A stretch of DNA of 64,000 bases from Camelus ferus (GCF_009834535.1 NC_045697.1:50718001-50782000), one strand, 5' to 3'. Positions 1 through 15,180 are shown, counted from the stretch's first letter. Translations and numbers: made by a program. Notes: generated by a model from the sequence alone, not told the origin.

Positions 1-1505
1 TAGGGACAACCAAACTAAGACAATAGCTTTGACTGCTCTGTGGGGCTGGAAATCAACTGTTGAGTTTAGTTTCTCCTGAATTTCTAAAGTGGGGTAAAAA
101 TGTCCACTTTGTATCACACAGAAGAATTGTGAGAACATGTAGAAATTAATGAAATGTTACTGTAGACAAATTACAAAGAAAAAATATTAAGAGGATAATA
201 TAAGGGTTTACTAGACATTTCTATTTATTTTAGACTCTTAATGGTGTTCTGCCACTGCTCTCATCTCATCTCTTTCTGCCATCTCATCTCTCATCTCTTT
301 GCTGGGACCTTGCCTTTTAGTTTTACTCAGTTATAGCTTGAACCACGTGACTTTTGTGCTAGAGCAATACCTCTATAATAGTTTCATTATATTTGAAAAA
401 CAAAATAGGAAGAATTCACTTGACAAGGTGTTCTGTGTCATTGTTGGTCAACATTATTTATTATGTACCATAGGCTGTCATTATTTTATTTAAATGCCTT
501 TTGTCAACACCAAGTTTTATTTATTCAACTTTAAAAAAGATGTTTATTCCTATTTTCCCAGACAGATTCTTTTTCTTCTACAATTTTGGTAGTTTGGAAA
601 AATATGTCTTTGCTCTGTTCTCTCTAATTCCTTCTTCCCTTTCTTCCTCTCTCCCTTCTTTTCTTTATTTCCTTCCTTCCTTCTTACCTCGCTCCCTTCC
701 TGTAAATACAAACTTTTCTAGAAAGCTTTTTATTTCATCAATCACATTTTGACTTAGAAAATTTAAAATCTTCCACAGAAACTTTTATACCTTTTTTTTC
801 CAAAATACAGAACTAATTCCAGAGAGAACTTATATACTTGAATCTCTTAGTCTGGGAATTTTCTCTCAAGTTCTCATAGTGAGGCATTAGGAAAAGCACC
901 TCACATTTCAGATACTTGTTCCAAGGCTGACTTCAGACTATCCATCAACCAGTGGCTGTGCTTAGCAAGGCTAGCCCTCCTAGGCTCTCAGCAGGAGCAG
1001 GGAGGACATACATTTGACGAGGAGCTTATCAGTCAGATAAGAAAATAAAATTTTCACATTTGAAGCAAAGAAAATCCTCTGACTATATCCTCTGAAGGTA
1101 AATTTACCAGCTTTTATTGTGTATCTAATTTGTGCCATATTGTTTACATCTTATTAACTGTTCACAATAATGTCATGAAGTGGATGGAATCCCCATTTTA
1201 TCAGTGAGGAAATTGAAGCTCCAGGAGGTTTAATAAGTTGTTAGAGTTGATCTGAGTGGTACAGAGTAGCAGAGCCAGGCAGATGCTCAAGTGAAAGGTA
1301 ATCTGGTTGAATCTCATCAGGATGTCACTTCCAGCGACTGTGTTCTGTGATCCCACTACCTTCAGGACACCCAGATTAAATTATGTTGTAAAGATCATAA
1401 GGCATGATATAGATACGATAAGGTTTGGACTAGCCAAGGTATTGACTATGTTAGAAGTTCTGATGTTTGTGGATTCCTAGCACCTGAAGAATTTGTTTTC
1501 CCCTT

Positions 1506-1547
1506 TGCTGCTCCCTGCTGCTCCCTGCTGCTCCCTGCTGCTCTCTG
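1506..1547. repeat. 10-bp tandem repeat (TGCTGCTCCC) x ~4
   Basis: tgctgctccc tgctgctccc tgctgctccc tgctgctctc. Confidence 0.9.
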
Positions 1548-4500
1548 TTCAAGACAGCTTCCTGAGACTGCATCTTCAGTTACCCGGGGTTTAAAGATAT
1601 GACCATGTGATTACTTCCACTGATAGCGTCAAACAGATGACTTCTTTTTCCTTAGACGTGATTTCTCTTCATTCTGACTCCACAGGCCATCCAAAACTAA
1701 CCATGCTGTCCAGCTGGGGCAGATTATTAGCCTCAGGAGAGGGTCTTGCCATTATCCACTTTCTCACAGATAAGAGGCTGGCCTGATAAAGTGAGTCGGC
1801 TGGTAGACAGTAGGAGCAGAATCTGTATCAGTAACCATCTTCAGAAGCCAAAATGCTTTTCTTCACGAATGCTTTACATTTCCTAAAGAGAAATGAATTT
1901 TTTCAAGGGTTATGAGAGTAGATCGTGTCACACTATAAGGAAATACTATATCGTAAGGACACAAGATTATGGGCTTGAAACGAATCTACAGACTTCTGTT
2001 TCCGTCAAATGGAACAGGTGACTAGACTGACTTCTGAAGAAAACTTTCAAAGCTATATTAAATATTATTTTATACTAGTTTTGAATCCATTGATAAACTA
2101 CTAAAAATGTAAAGAAAACTTAAGCAAGGGAATGAGTAGAAGCTGGTATTCTCTTTGTGTGTTACATAACTTTGTCTGATTATCCTTGTTCTATGTCTTA
2201 TCTGCATACACGTAATCCTCACAGCAACTCAAAGTACTATCATTTCTAAATTTAACAGATGAAGAAACCGAAGCCAAGAGAAGTTATGATTACATAGCTA
2301 GAGGGTTCAAGGCTGGATGAAAACATAGGGTTCTTATATATCTATGGATATACAGATACACAGAACTGCATAATACATCCAGGCATGTTGGAGTTGATGG
2401 GAGTACTTTGGTGAAATAGGAGAAAGACTGGAGACTATGAATAAAGGTAAAACAAACTGAAAAGTGTTCCTGTTAAGACTTAGTAAAATCAGGGATAATT
2501 TGGGTACATCCGAAATGTGTCTCCAGCAGGTTAATTCAAAACATGATGAAATTTTAATTTTCCCACAATTAATTTTCAGCTGATTCAATTTGTTACTCAC
2601 AACAAAGCAAAAAGAAAAAGACAATCTGTTAGGAAATGTGGGAGAACAAATATAGGCCATTCACAAGGAAGTAAAACTTAATGTAAGCCAATATACATGT
2701 AAGAAGATGCTAATGTTCACTGCCTATCAGAGAAACGCAAATTAAACCATGAGGAAGTACTAAGAAATAGCATACTGAATGACTCTGAGTATTAGTATGA
2801 GGGAAATAGGAATGTAAACATTGCCTAAGGGGGAATGTAAATTCATATAACCACTTTGGAGATGACAAAGTAGCTTCTACATTACTTTCTGCTTGCAACA
2901 GACCATCTGAATATATACACAGGATTTATCTGATGGAGAGTGAGGTGTACTGGGTTTCATAGGAACTGTCCAATGTGGAAGGAAGAATAATCAGGAACTA
3001 ATCTGTTTATAAGTCAGCACTTATGAATGCCTACTTTCAAAGTACTTTTAAAAAGATTTTATTATTCTGAAGCTAGAACTTGCAATTGCGAATGTGATCA
3101 TGCCCATGATAGAAGTTTTGAGGTCTCCAAAGCAAGGTATATTATGGAAAAGACAATATTCCTCGAATAAATTGTAGGATTAAAGAAATAGATAGACTTG
3201 GTTACTCTAGTCATGTGGGTCTAAAAGTTATAATAGGAAGAAAGGGCATTGACCAGACTATTTTTAGTTTCTTTAAAGTCCTCATTCATTACTGCCAGAG
3301 CATGCCAATGAAAATTAATTACCTCAATACAAGATAGAGGTGGGAAAAAAGAAAATAAAGCATACTCCTTTTCTCTCCTGGGCATCATTATAGAAAACCC
3401 TATGAGTTGGATCTAAATACTTTTTATTTAGGAGAAGCTGAAGTACCTGGGAAGTGGAAGGATAAACTGGAGGGGAAGCTCTGTGCTCAGGTCAAGGTAT
3501 ATTCTCTAAATGGGAGGAATACAGGACATGTGTAAGGGAAGCAAGAAACAGTAACACTGAGTAGCTGAAGGCTGTTAAATAATCTCAGAGAATTATTTTG
3601 ATAGAGACCAATGGTCTAAAAACATCTACTAAAGAACAGTTGTCCAATACAATTATTATGGGATCTAATCATCAGAATGCCTTTCACGTTGTCATAGTAC
3701 AAAAGTAACCTGGGAAAAATGTGGCTGACTGTGGGTTTCTGTACTTCTATTTGTCAGCTAAGGCTGGCTGGCAAATATTTAGTTGCCATGCCTGTTACGA
3801 ACCATTCAGCCTGCTATGAAGCCAGGCTTTATGGTTAAATTGTGAGATGATAATACCAGGTACCAAAAGCTGTTGAAAATAAGAAGAAACCACTTTTTCC
3901 TTCTCAAAGAGATTTTTATAATTTTAATAGATGCTTCCGGGCATATTTGAGAAGTCTCAATAGGATTCAGTACCTAAAAAGAAGGTGGTCTGTGGTAAAA
4001 CTCACCCGGAAGAGCTAGATTAACCCAGACGATGGCTGGGGCAGAAGCAGCAGCAATATCCCTTTCCAAATGCGGCACAAGAAGCCAACCCTCTCATGAG
4101 AGCAGTCATTTTCCAGGAGTCCAGGGGCCAATGACGCAGTCTGTGTGTCCCTGTCCAATGAGGGACGGTTGTGTTGCCTTTGTCAGCTTCATTGTATTCT
4201 GAAACTTAGGTGAATTTTCTTTTCTATGGGGTCCTCTGGCCCAGGCTTTCTGACCCCTGGGGAAATTCTCTGAGATAACAATTTCTCACTTTCTCTCTCT
4301 ACAGCTTTAGTGAGGAAAATTTTCCTTAAAAACCACACATACTGAAAATATACAATTTGATGACATTTGATTTGATATACACAGACATCTACAAAACCAT
4401 CACCAGACTGATGCGTCACCAGAAACCACTCATCTTTATGACTAATATATCCATCACCCTCAAAATGCCCTTCTGTCCCTTCCTTTGTAACCTCTCCCTC

Positions 4501-7500
4501 CAACCCTGCCCCTCAGGTCCCCAGGAAAACAATGGTCTGCTCAGAGGCTCCCAAGGAGAATGGTTCTAGGGGTGAAGGTGAATTTGCAAGCCTTTGTCTG
4601 ATCTAGCTCAAATGTCATGACACATCACTTGTGCCTCATCCTATTTGTTAAGCAAGTCACTAATATCAACTCAGATTCAAGAGAAGGGGAATTAGATCCC
4701 ACCTTTCAAAGGAAGGGGTAGCAAAAAATTCTCAGCCATTTTTAAATTAGCACAACAGAATTGAAAACCACTGTAATAGCCTATCCTCCCAATTTTATAG
4801 ATTGAGATACTAAAGTAAACACGATGAATCCTAAAACTCCAAATCTGATGCTTGAGACTGAGAGCTTTAAGTCAAAACTTTGTTAGATACCTGCCACATT
4901 GCTTTTGGCCTCTTAAGTTAAAAAAAAAAAAAAAAAAAGAATACCTCTAGCTATCTGTTCAAACTCTCTTAGGAGAAAGCCTTCCAACTCCTATCTATTT
5001 CTCATGTGGGCTGGAAAAGGAAAAACTCAGGTCTTCAAGGTGCATGGAAAACATTCACAGACACCGTGATAAAAGGGGTGTGCTCATTGCAAATACTCTG
5101 CATTGTGAGTTTCCTGTCACCTTTCAGTCTCAGAACTTCCTATTGCAAGCCTGGTTAGGGTATTACCAAGAAAAAAGAACAGCACTTCAAAGCATTTGCA
5201 AAGAAATTAGATCGTTAAAGAAAGTCTTGTCACAGATTGACTTCTCACGAAGCAACTTCTGATGAAAATGTTCTAGAGATCATTTGTACAACAGTGTTCA
5301 TGCAGTTAACACTACTATACTGCACATTTAAACATGGTTAAGGTAGGAAATATTATGTCGTGTATTTTTATCACAATAAAAAAAAAACAGGAAGCAGATT
5401 CTAAGATGATCTTGGAGGTCAAGGCATGTATTAAGGATCAAAACCTATAAAAAGAAGGGGGAAGAAGCAGGGTTGGGCAGAGGAGAACAGTCAAATTGCT
5501 ATACAAACCCTGCAGAGACTAGGCAGCCCAGCAGAGCAAGCCCCAGAGCAAGTATTGTTGTCCCACCTAGAGCTGAGGTGACCTACCTTTATGCTCTCAC
5601 TGAGCCTCTTGGATGCAGGATCCCCCAGGAAGGCTGTGACCTCGGTCGGAGCAGCTTCCTGCAGTGGAAACAGCAAGTTCTTCCATGAAGGGGAATCTGG
5701 GCAGTAGAACTCCATGTCTACTGTCATCATTAGAGACAGGAAATTCAGACGACAACATTGGGGAAAAGTAGTGATTTTGCTTTTGAAGGCGTCATCTGAG
5801 CTCCCTGAAGGAATAATATAGTACACACGATTCAATGAGAATTCCAGTACACTGAAAGCAGAATTCAAGAGTATTTAGTACTAATTTTGGCCAGAAAGTA
5901 TCTGCTCCTTTGTTTCATGTACAGACACACACACAAATCGTCTTTTAGCATGATAGAAAGATCAAGAATAGGATTATAGGGTTATGAGTATGGGGGATGT
6001 AATATACTTATGCTCAGCAGTTTCTATACTGTTGAATTTATTCATAATATTATCAGTTCTTTGGTTTTCTTCCAGGATTTTTGCATTTTTCTGTTATTTT
6101 GCACATTTAAAAAACAGAGTCTCTAATCCAAAATATGCAAATAAGATACAATTTGGAGCCTTCAAGTATTACTAATGGGTAATATGTTGTTTTACTTCTC
6201 AATATTTTTATGTCATTTTGCACTTTCATATAGAACAACTCTTTTTTTCACATTTTCAACCAGAATATTTTGAGACTTCCTAAGAGCTCGCTTACTCTCT
6301 ACAAAAACCTAGACAAATTATTTATCTCACCAGACCTCAGTTGCCTCATCTGTAAAACAGCGATATGACGGCACTTAACTCTTACAATTGTTGTGAGCAC
6401 AAAATGATGTAATATTATGTAGATGGTTTATGGCAGGGGCTGACAAATAGGGACAAGTCAATAAGTGTAACTGACTATAGCATGATACTGTAACCATTCT
6501 TTCAGTAGTAAAAATCAGCCATTATCATATGAAACCCTTTCAAAAATATATTTGTTGAAAAGTAACAATTTAGCAATTGAAATCAAAATTCTAATCCCAG
6601 GGTTCAGTCTCAGAGACTTTTCCAAATCCATCACAAGGTGGCCCCAAATCCATATCCGTGGCTCTATGTTCATGGACAATTGATCAAACAGCAAGAAGTT
6701 ATTGCAGCAAAAATCCATGGTAATAATAATCCAACGTGTAAGTGGACCACTTAATAATCAGTCGTCCGTTGGCTGGAGGAAGAGAAAAAGCAAGTCTCGT
6801 ATGTTTGAAATGGGCAAGAAGACTGTTAAATGTGTCTAGATGTTTTTCTTCAAGGCTAGTCTCAATAAAAGTGGTTAATAAATCATCTAATCAACGTTAA
6901 ACACTTCATGTAGTGCATGCCCTGCATGCTTGGTTGAGAAAAATCTCTAATCTTCACCTTTTCCCTTTTTAATAAATTGGTTAATTAGCAACTGTTTATT
7001 TTTTGTTTTTACCTGGAGGCTTGTAAAGCAGTTTCAGAACCCTTTCCACTGTATTCTTTTCTACCTGAAACACAGAGATAAATCTATAGATCATAAATCA
7101 TGCAAAATCTTGTCAGGAAAGCCTTGGATTAAAGGTTTTATAAAATCATGACTAATTCATAACTTCTTCCTCTTATTTCTGAATCCTTCAGTCTTAAGAT
7201 TGAGCCTAAAAAACTTCCTTCTAGACAGTGAAAAATGCTTTCCAGGCTAAGTAATGTAATGTTAGAAGAAATGCTTGGCAATTGATTGCAACTGGTAGAT
7301 AATATTTGACTAAATGGTAAAAGAATTGATGCAGTGGAACTGAGCATGTAAGAACTACCGTATTGTAGTATAGGAGTTTAGAGTCTCAGCACGAGAGTCA
7401 GAAGTTTGATGCTCTAGTTTAACTTAATCGTGGTGTAGCTGGATAAGGCACTTCAAGATAATCATACTTACATTGTGGAGGTTTTTGTGAGAATTAAATG

Positions 7501-8473
7501 AGGTCACATGTAAAGTTCTGAACATTTTGCCTGGAACACAGTTAAGGATATAATAGTCCCTTTTATTACCATCACTGCTTTCACTCATGGTATCGTGGGA
7601 TAATACAAAGAACTAATTTAATCTTCAATGGAAAAATCTAAACATATCCCTGCTGATGTTTCTCAACTGATTCTGAATTGAGCCTCAAAAACCAGCTCAA
7701 AATGGTGCACTGTCTTCCATGTTGATGAGTTTGTTTTTACGGAGGGAGAGGTGGTCAGCAGTGTGGACAGCCCAGCATTGCTTGGAAGAGCACAGCCTGC
7801 ATTTAGTAAAATGGTCTGAGTATATGTTTTAGCCAAACATATTTGGAAAATTGTATTTTTGAATGAGCTCATAGACTTTTCAAAGTAAGTGAGAGGGACT
7901 TGATTTGATGTGCGTGCACACTCTCCTAAATATTTGATTTTTATCTCTGGAAAAGGAGCAGAAGTAAGGTGAAATTGTTGAACTTAGTAATCTATAGACG
8001 TCTTTCCTGCATCTGTCTTATAAGTAAGAAAGGAAATTTAGACAGTTTAGTTGTAGTGTAGGTAAATCACAAGTCATAATCAAATGTGACTCACTGTATG
8101 CCCAGAATTTCCAACTTAAGCTTTTACATGAATTGTTAAAATTCTGTTTTCAGTTGATTTGTGGGAAGGGCTCTTGCAGCTTGATCAAGACCAAGATCTC
8201 AGACAGTGTTTGTAACAGTAGATGGAGGACACATCTCTGATAGTGTACCTGCATTTTAGAGAAAGCTGTTCAGTACTTATTTCCCAAGATAAATGTATTA
8301 TTTAGACACAGCCACTTTCGTCAAGAATGTGCTTGTATGCCTAAAACATTTCAAGTGGATTCAAATACATGATCTTTTGAAACTCACCAGAAACTAAATT
8401 ACACTTTTAAAGACCAACTTGAAAATTAGAACAAAAATTAGCACAAATGATTACATATATGCACATATGTATT

Positions 8474-8497
8474 ACACACACACACACACACACACAC
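8474..8497. repeat. (CA)n microsatellite
   Basis: About 12 uninterrupted AC units. Confidence 0.95.
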
Positions 8498-11400
8498 CAG
8501 GCACTCTGTTGCATATTTCACCTAATTTTAATAACAATTTTATAAATATTATTATCGCCATTTAACATATGAGGAAACCAAGAACTTGATATACTAGATC
8601 AGTAGTTTCCAAAATGTTGGCTATGTACCATTTATTATGTACTAATTGATACATGAAAAAGAAACATTTACCAAGGATATAAACATAAAGCATAATGAAA
8701 ATGAACACTCATGAATGCACACTGAGCAACAGAACTAGAACTGTATTGCTGTTGTCAAATCCATGTGCTTCTTCCCTATTCTGTCCCTCGGCTTCCAGTC
8801 AGAGTTTATTACAATCCTAAACTTTGATTCATTCTTACGGTTAGAAGTATAGCTCTCTTCCAAAATTAGTCTGGACATTAACTTATTTATAACGTTCTTT
8901 TCCTTTATGTAAAACTGCAGCAATGTTTGGGCATTTAAGGTAGACATAGTAATCATAGTTCTTGGATTTTGTACATTCTACTCAGAATTCATCAGTTAGT
9001 TTTGTGGTTTTCATTTAGGACTTACATGTGATTTTTTGACAGTCACTTACTTTGGACTGATTCAATCAGAAAACTCAATTTAGCATTACACTTCAAAATA
9101 GTTTGCTTAAAACCATCCAAAATTTGAGATTGCATATGTTGAAGCCTTCGACCTTTATTTCAAGAGCCTCCTCATAATCAGTCCAGTCCTGCAGAGAGCC
9201 CTGTACTAGCTGTTTCATTTCTCTTGTTCTAAACCATCAATTTCTCCTGTGCATTTCTTGATGTATTACATAATAATTATAAAAGATTAATATTTGGGGA
9301 TATGAATCCTAATGTTTTTAATATACTGGTAATTAAGGATGGGGAGGGAGATGTGCTCAGACATTGTGTGTGTGTGTGTGTGTGAGTGACAGTATGTAGT
9401 AATATGTAGACTTTTTCTTTTATAGCTCTTTTTAATTAACCTCTTTCTCTCTTTTTCCAGTTGGGGACCAGACTTGACTGGAGAACTAGGATGAGTTCAT
9501 AGGGAGGAGTTTTGTCATCTTCTTACCAACCTAGACATATTATTATGAGTTGACCAGACAAAATTGCAAAGTCATGATTGCTAAACAGTTTTTCTTTTTG
9601 TCATCTTTCCACTTCATTCCTGAGGCTTTTTGCTTCAGCCTTGTCCTTGCATCTCAGCACCTAGGGCTTTGTCAACGTTCTCCGGCAAACCAGAGCCTGC
9701 TCTCCAGAGCCTCCACCTCTCCTCCCAAATGAAAAAAAATTACCCCCATACCCTCTACCCCTTCTCCACTTCCACCTCAATGGTACAGATAAAGTGAGTC
9801 ATCAGTCTGGTTACAGTGCTTGATCCCAAGATAAATGAATGAACCATAGATTTTATCACTGAAATTTCAAGAGAATTTACAGAACTAAAGGCCATCTCCA
9901 AAAGAAAAATATGTGGGGGTTATATTTCATTGCAGACTATGTCTTGATCACAGCCTAACAATGCACAGTCAGAAGCTCCACTCCCCCACCCAACACACTC
10001 TTCCATGCCAGAAGTAAAATGATACGAAATGAGCTTTGCTATAATGTACAACCCTTTGCTTCCATACCACTCCTCTCTCTCCCAACCTATATTTTCATAC
10101 ACGGAGCTTTAGTGCAGGAGAGATTTATGTGTATGTCCTAACAGTGTACTCTTAAATGACATCCTTCACTTCCTAGGAGTGTCCTGTAGATTGGTGCATT
10201 GTTTTATCCATGGAATGCATCCTTGCTATTAGCAGGCAATTTGGTATTGACTTGGTCAGAATGTGGTACAGAAAGCAATTTAGAGAACTAACATGCCATT
10301 CATTCAGTATTTTAAATAATTTTGTTTCTCTCAGTTATAAGTGGTTTAATATCCCTACATCAGAATTCAATTATTAGATAGAAGAATGAAAGATTGCTCT
10401 TACTTCTTTTCTAGCCAAAGCATATTTCCAACCACACCAAAATAAAGCAACTAATAGAAATACTTTGGAGTTTAAACATACAAGAAAGTGCAATAGAATT
10501 AGGCCCATTTCTAATTTAAATATTTCAGGATTTTCCAGAACTATTAATTCTGTTTCTCTTAGTCTGGGATACAGATAAGACCTGGGTGGCTCCCTTACAG
10601 ATGGAGAAACTGCCCAGAGAGGGTAAGAGGTTTCTCAATGTAATAAACAGAATCATAAAATCAGGGGCTTCTGACTCACAGTCCGGTGTTTTCTAAAGGC
10701 AAACCACATTTAAATGTTTAGATTCATTGCCAAATACCCACAAAGATAACTAACCACAGAGACTGTGCAAAAAATATATAAGAACTGTAACCTTTTGAGC
10801 AAGTGTTAAACTTAACTTTGTTCACTGTAGCATAGAACTAGGAAATGTGAGGGTCAGAGCGTTGGGGACTGCACTATCACCATCCTGTGACCAAACTAGA
10901 ACGAGTGTTTGGGGGTTAAACTGGATGTTTCCAAAAAGAGTAGACGACGTAGGACCAAAGAAACGCAAACCAAAAACTTTCAAGTGGGCAAATGGATAGT
11001 GGAAAGATAAATACTTTTATAATCTATAGAACTCCCAGAAAGAGATGTATTTCTGAAGACAAAAGAATTTTTCTGCCCATCTTTCTCTCTCTCTAGCTCT
11101 CTTTCTTTTATTTTTAAAGAATTGCCATGATTTTCACTCTCCTAAAATCAGAATCTGAGACAAGCCCTTGAGTGCTGGTGGTTCACCTGTGCAGGGATCC
11201 CGGCACCAGAGGGAGGGAGCAGAGAAGTGGAACAGGGAAGGATGAAGAGCCAACGTAAGTAAGGGAAGTAAGAGTGCATCGTTGAGCTGCTGCTGTGGGC
11301 AATGCATCTCCATTCCCCCGGAACATCCAGGAAGCAACAGAGTGCCTTCTAGAATATTCTCCCTTGGAGGCCTGGAGTCTGGGGTATGTAACTGTCAGTT

Positions 11401-11890
11401 CTCCTCACCCAAGGGTTGAGAACTTCCCCCAGGGGCATTCCCTCCCACCCCTACTTGTAGCTGTTCTTGTGCACTAGTCAAGCTGACTCATGCTACCTCA
11501 GGCAAAGCTCTGAAGCAGAATGCAGAGAGATGCCTGCTCTTGAGGGGGGAAGTTACCAGTGCAACGTGCATCTGAGATTGTAAGGAGCCCTTCTCCACTG
11601 TTGTGACTGAAATCAGAGGAACGTTTGGGGAATGTGATGGGGGAAGCAATAAATGCATGTTGGAGACTGCCCTTTGTACCACTCAGATTCACTGGGGCTC
11701 CATACTGAGTTTGCTTGATCACTGAGTCCCATTGGAACACACTGCACACCCCACGACTGCAACTGGTCCTAGGTCATCATTGATATTAGTCACCTCCCTC
11801 CTTCACATTCATTCTAGAGTCTCATTATCCTTGGTTAGAAATTGAGCTGATTTCATTTGCTTACCTGGTGGTGGAACCCAGCTAGACCCT

Positions 11891-12290
11891 TCATCCCTGA
11901 GGGGCTTGAGCTTTTGGCTGTTTTTCCCTTACCTCTCCCTTATCTAGCAATTCAGAAATTGCCCATTTCTCATTCTCCCGTGGCATAGAATCATCATAAG
12001 TCCCTGTAAGTATCAGCAAGTCTAACTCCTCATGATAATTAGGGTCAGTTATTTCAATGAGGATGGTAACTCCTTCATTTATCTGATGGTCCACAAGCAT
12101 GAGGAGCTCAAGGTGACCAGGTAGCAATTGTTTTAGATTCAGTGGAATACATTCTGTGTGTCCTGGTACCAATGTTTTTCTCCTTAGAACCAGAATCTTT
12201 GAGCTGTCAGAGTTTAGCATCATGAGTTCCGGAAGCACAAAACCTGCAAGTGTGTAGCTGGATGTGGTGATTAGAGAGGTCACTACTACT
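11891..12290 (-). mobile_element. ERV-L internal relic encoding a dUTPase-like region
   Basis: ORF 11891-12283 (LVPGHTECIPLNLKQLLPGHLELLMLVDHQINEGVTILIEITDPNYHEELDLL) parallels recalled ERV-L dUTPase (LPPGDTTMIPLNWKLRLPPGHFGLL...GVTVLAGVIDPDYQDEISLLL). LTR-like sequence lies adjacent at ~11150-11890. Confidence 0.8.
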
Positions 12291-14056
12291 GGTACCCCTC
12301 ATCTCCCAGATCTGTGTATGTATTCTAGCACCATATAATGGCCATTGTTTGATCCCTGCTGCTTCTGTCTCACACTGTCTCTGCAGGAATGTCTGTGCCC
12401 TGTTTTAGTGCCTGTATTATTAAATCCTGATAATTCTTATTCTATGGTTATACATTTATTTAAAAAATAAAACTTCAATTATTGAGTTGTCTTTATCATT
12501 CCATATCCTTGGAAAGTTTTGCTTTCCTTCAACATGGTCTGCCAAATACTGCGCAAGGCTTATTGTCTTGGAAAATAGTTGCATGACTTTGCATCTCTTT
12601 CTCTAACCCAAACTCTCTGTGTTCTCTTTGGGGAAGGAGGGCTCTGCCACAATGAGAACTCTCGGCATTGCCTCACAATATAGGAAATGCTAGCAGTGTC
12701 AGTTCCTATTTGGAGTCCAAGCTAGAAACACATCTTCATTTCAGTGTCATATCTTTCTGTAGGTCACCATTGAACATCCCCTCAAAGCATTCATTAGAGT
12801 AGTGACTATTTGATCTTATCATGTCCAAAAGAACATGGGCTACACCACTGCGAATTCTATGTGCTTTTGTTCCTCAGAAACTGCATCACTTTACTGATAG
12901 CTGATTTAAAAAACATGTAATTAGTTGGAAGTATTTCTAATCTTATAAAAACATAGATGGGACTGATTATTCATAAGGAGTGACTATTCCTGAGCTATCA
13001 CATTTCTCTTCATTAACAAGAGCTTAGATTAAAGCCACAGTGTGAAGAGGTTTTTGCATTTTATTACAAAGAACAAAATGATTTATATTGTGGGAAAGCA
13101 ATGGGAAGGAAGAAAACAGAGACAGAATTGAAGGGTATGTGACCCTCATCTCTCAATCTAAGATGTTTTCTTCCTTTCGGGGGCAACTGGAATAATGGGG
13201 GAAGAAAAAGTTGTAAACAAGATTAAGAGAAGGAACTGAAATTGGCTTGATCTCAAAGAAACATCTAGATATTTGAGTGGCTATTTTGAGTTGTCATTCT
13301 CTGTTTTATCAGAACATTAGCAGATTTTTTCCACTTTGAATAAGCCAAAATTTGTTATACTCATTCTCCCTGAATTTTTTTTTTTTTTTTTTGAAAATTT
13401 CTGCCACCAATACCCAGATCCAAAGCATTGAATACTGGAGCAGCTATAAAGGTCACCATCATTACCCAACAGGAGAACTTCCCTCTGATTGTGCACATTT
13501 CATCATCAAATTCAAAATAGGGGCTACCTCTGGAGATGCATGCAATCAGGGTAACTTCATGGGTGCATCAACTGCAGTAGTAATTTTTAGTTCTTAAAGT
13601 GAATGGTAGACAAACAATTATTTATTGGATTATTTTTACATTGTTCTGAGTTTCCAAAATATTTTATAACTTAATTTTTAAGTTACTCAGTTGGAAAAGA
13701 AGGAAAGATTATGTACTTCTTCATGACTATTTACCTGTCACTACTGAAGATGTCTCATTAGCTCTACACCCACCTGCAAATGGTAATCAGTAAAACAATA
13801 CAACAGTTTTTGCAGAGAGATTTCATGCAAGTTCTTTTATTCATTTACTTAACAGGAAGGAATTATTACATGATCAAGAATAGGTGCTATATTACTTGTT
13901 CTTTTTAATATACCATTTTTTTTTCTTCTTTCATGCATTGTTCCCCTGCTCTCAGCCCTGATATGGTAGGATAAACCCATAGGGCATTTAGGGGATTTAG
14001 AGCTTAGACAAAATATTTGAAATAATTGAGGCTTGAAAAGGGGGCTTCTTCTAGAG

Positions 14057-14289
14057 TAGTGGTTCTCGACTGGGATGACTCCCCCCCTCCCCCCACCCCA
14101 TCCCACAGAGGATTCGGCAGAGTCCAGAGACATCTTTGATTGTCATGACTTTGGGAAAAGGGTGTTGTTGGTATCTATAGAGTAGAGGCCAGGGATGCTG
14201 CTAAATAACATACAATGAACAAGACAGCTTCTAACAGCAAAGAACTGTCTGGTCCAAAATATGAACCGTGCTTGGGTTGAGAAACCCTG
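14057..14289 (+). mobile_element. MER20-like hAT MITE
   Basis: Terminal inverted repeats tagtggttctcgac / gttgagaaaccctg; perfect 8-bp TSD TTCTAGAG at 14049-14056 and 14290-14297. Confidence 0.9.
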
Positions 14290-14757
14290 TTCTAGAGACA
14301 AGAAAAGCTTTTTCTGGTATAAGAGTGACATGGATTGAAGGGGGTTTGGGGGGATCATGACAGTGTAGATACTGGTATGTTCTGGAGAGAGGGACCCTGC
14401 ACCCTCTCTCCCAGAAGAGTGTTGGAAAAGTGGTAAAACCCAATATAGATTCATGGAGTCTGATTAAAAAGCAGTTTACTAAAGAAGCCTGGGCAGAGGA
14501 AGCTTCAGATGGCCTCATATAGTATATGTTATCCCAGAACAATGGCCTGGAAGAAACATAATGATTCATCTCTTGATTCTGTCCCAGGAGTTATGGAGAC
14601 AGCCATGAATTCAGACAGATAGAGAATGTGTACATAACTGTAGATGCCAAGTAGAAAAAAGGCAGTGATTGGTAGAGGGGTACTCCTGTGTTGTGTGTCC
14701 GTCTCAGCCTGCTGATAACTGGTGTTATGGAGAGACAAACCCTTGTGGTTCTTAGTA

Positions 14758-15180
14758 TGATCGCAAGACACCCTCAGCAATTAACCATCAGTAAACTTTG
14801 AAAAATAAATGGTTTATTACTTACAAGTCCTGGAAATTACATGGCACACGTGGGGCCACACAATGAGATCGTAGGTAGAGGGAGTGAGATAGTGTGGGCC
14901 TGGGGTTCTGCTTTTATTGGGTCAAGGGTGGGGGCATAAGGTTTTGCTGCTTCATCTCTATTGATGAATTTAAAACCAAAGATCAGGAATTTTAAGCTTG
15001 GAAAGAGAGAAAACAAAGAGCCTGAATGGTCAACTATCAAAACAACTGAGATCTCTAAAACAGGATGAAGGATGAAGTGATGCATCTTTAAAGTGGATAC
15101 TTGGGCAACCAAAGCATAAACCAGGCACTTGCATTACAAAAAAGAAAAACCATCTGTCAGAATTTACTAAACCCTACAAC
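14758..15180 (-). mobile_element. Probable ERV solo LTR
   Basis: ggtttattacttacaagtcctgg (AATAAA on minus) and ctgcttttattgggtc (TATA/polyA-like on minus) over ~420 bp. Family not determined. Confidence 0.45.

Noticed and set aside
299..11000. Short ORFs in the first 11 kb
   Set aside because: Low-complexity or repeat-derived, mostly non-ATG or without domains, and no exon chain could be built.
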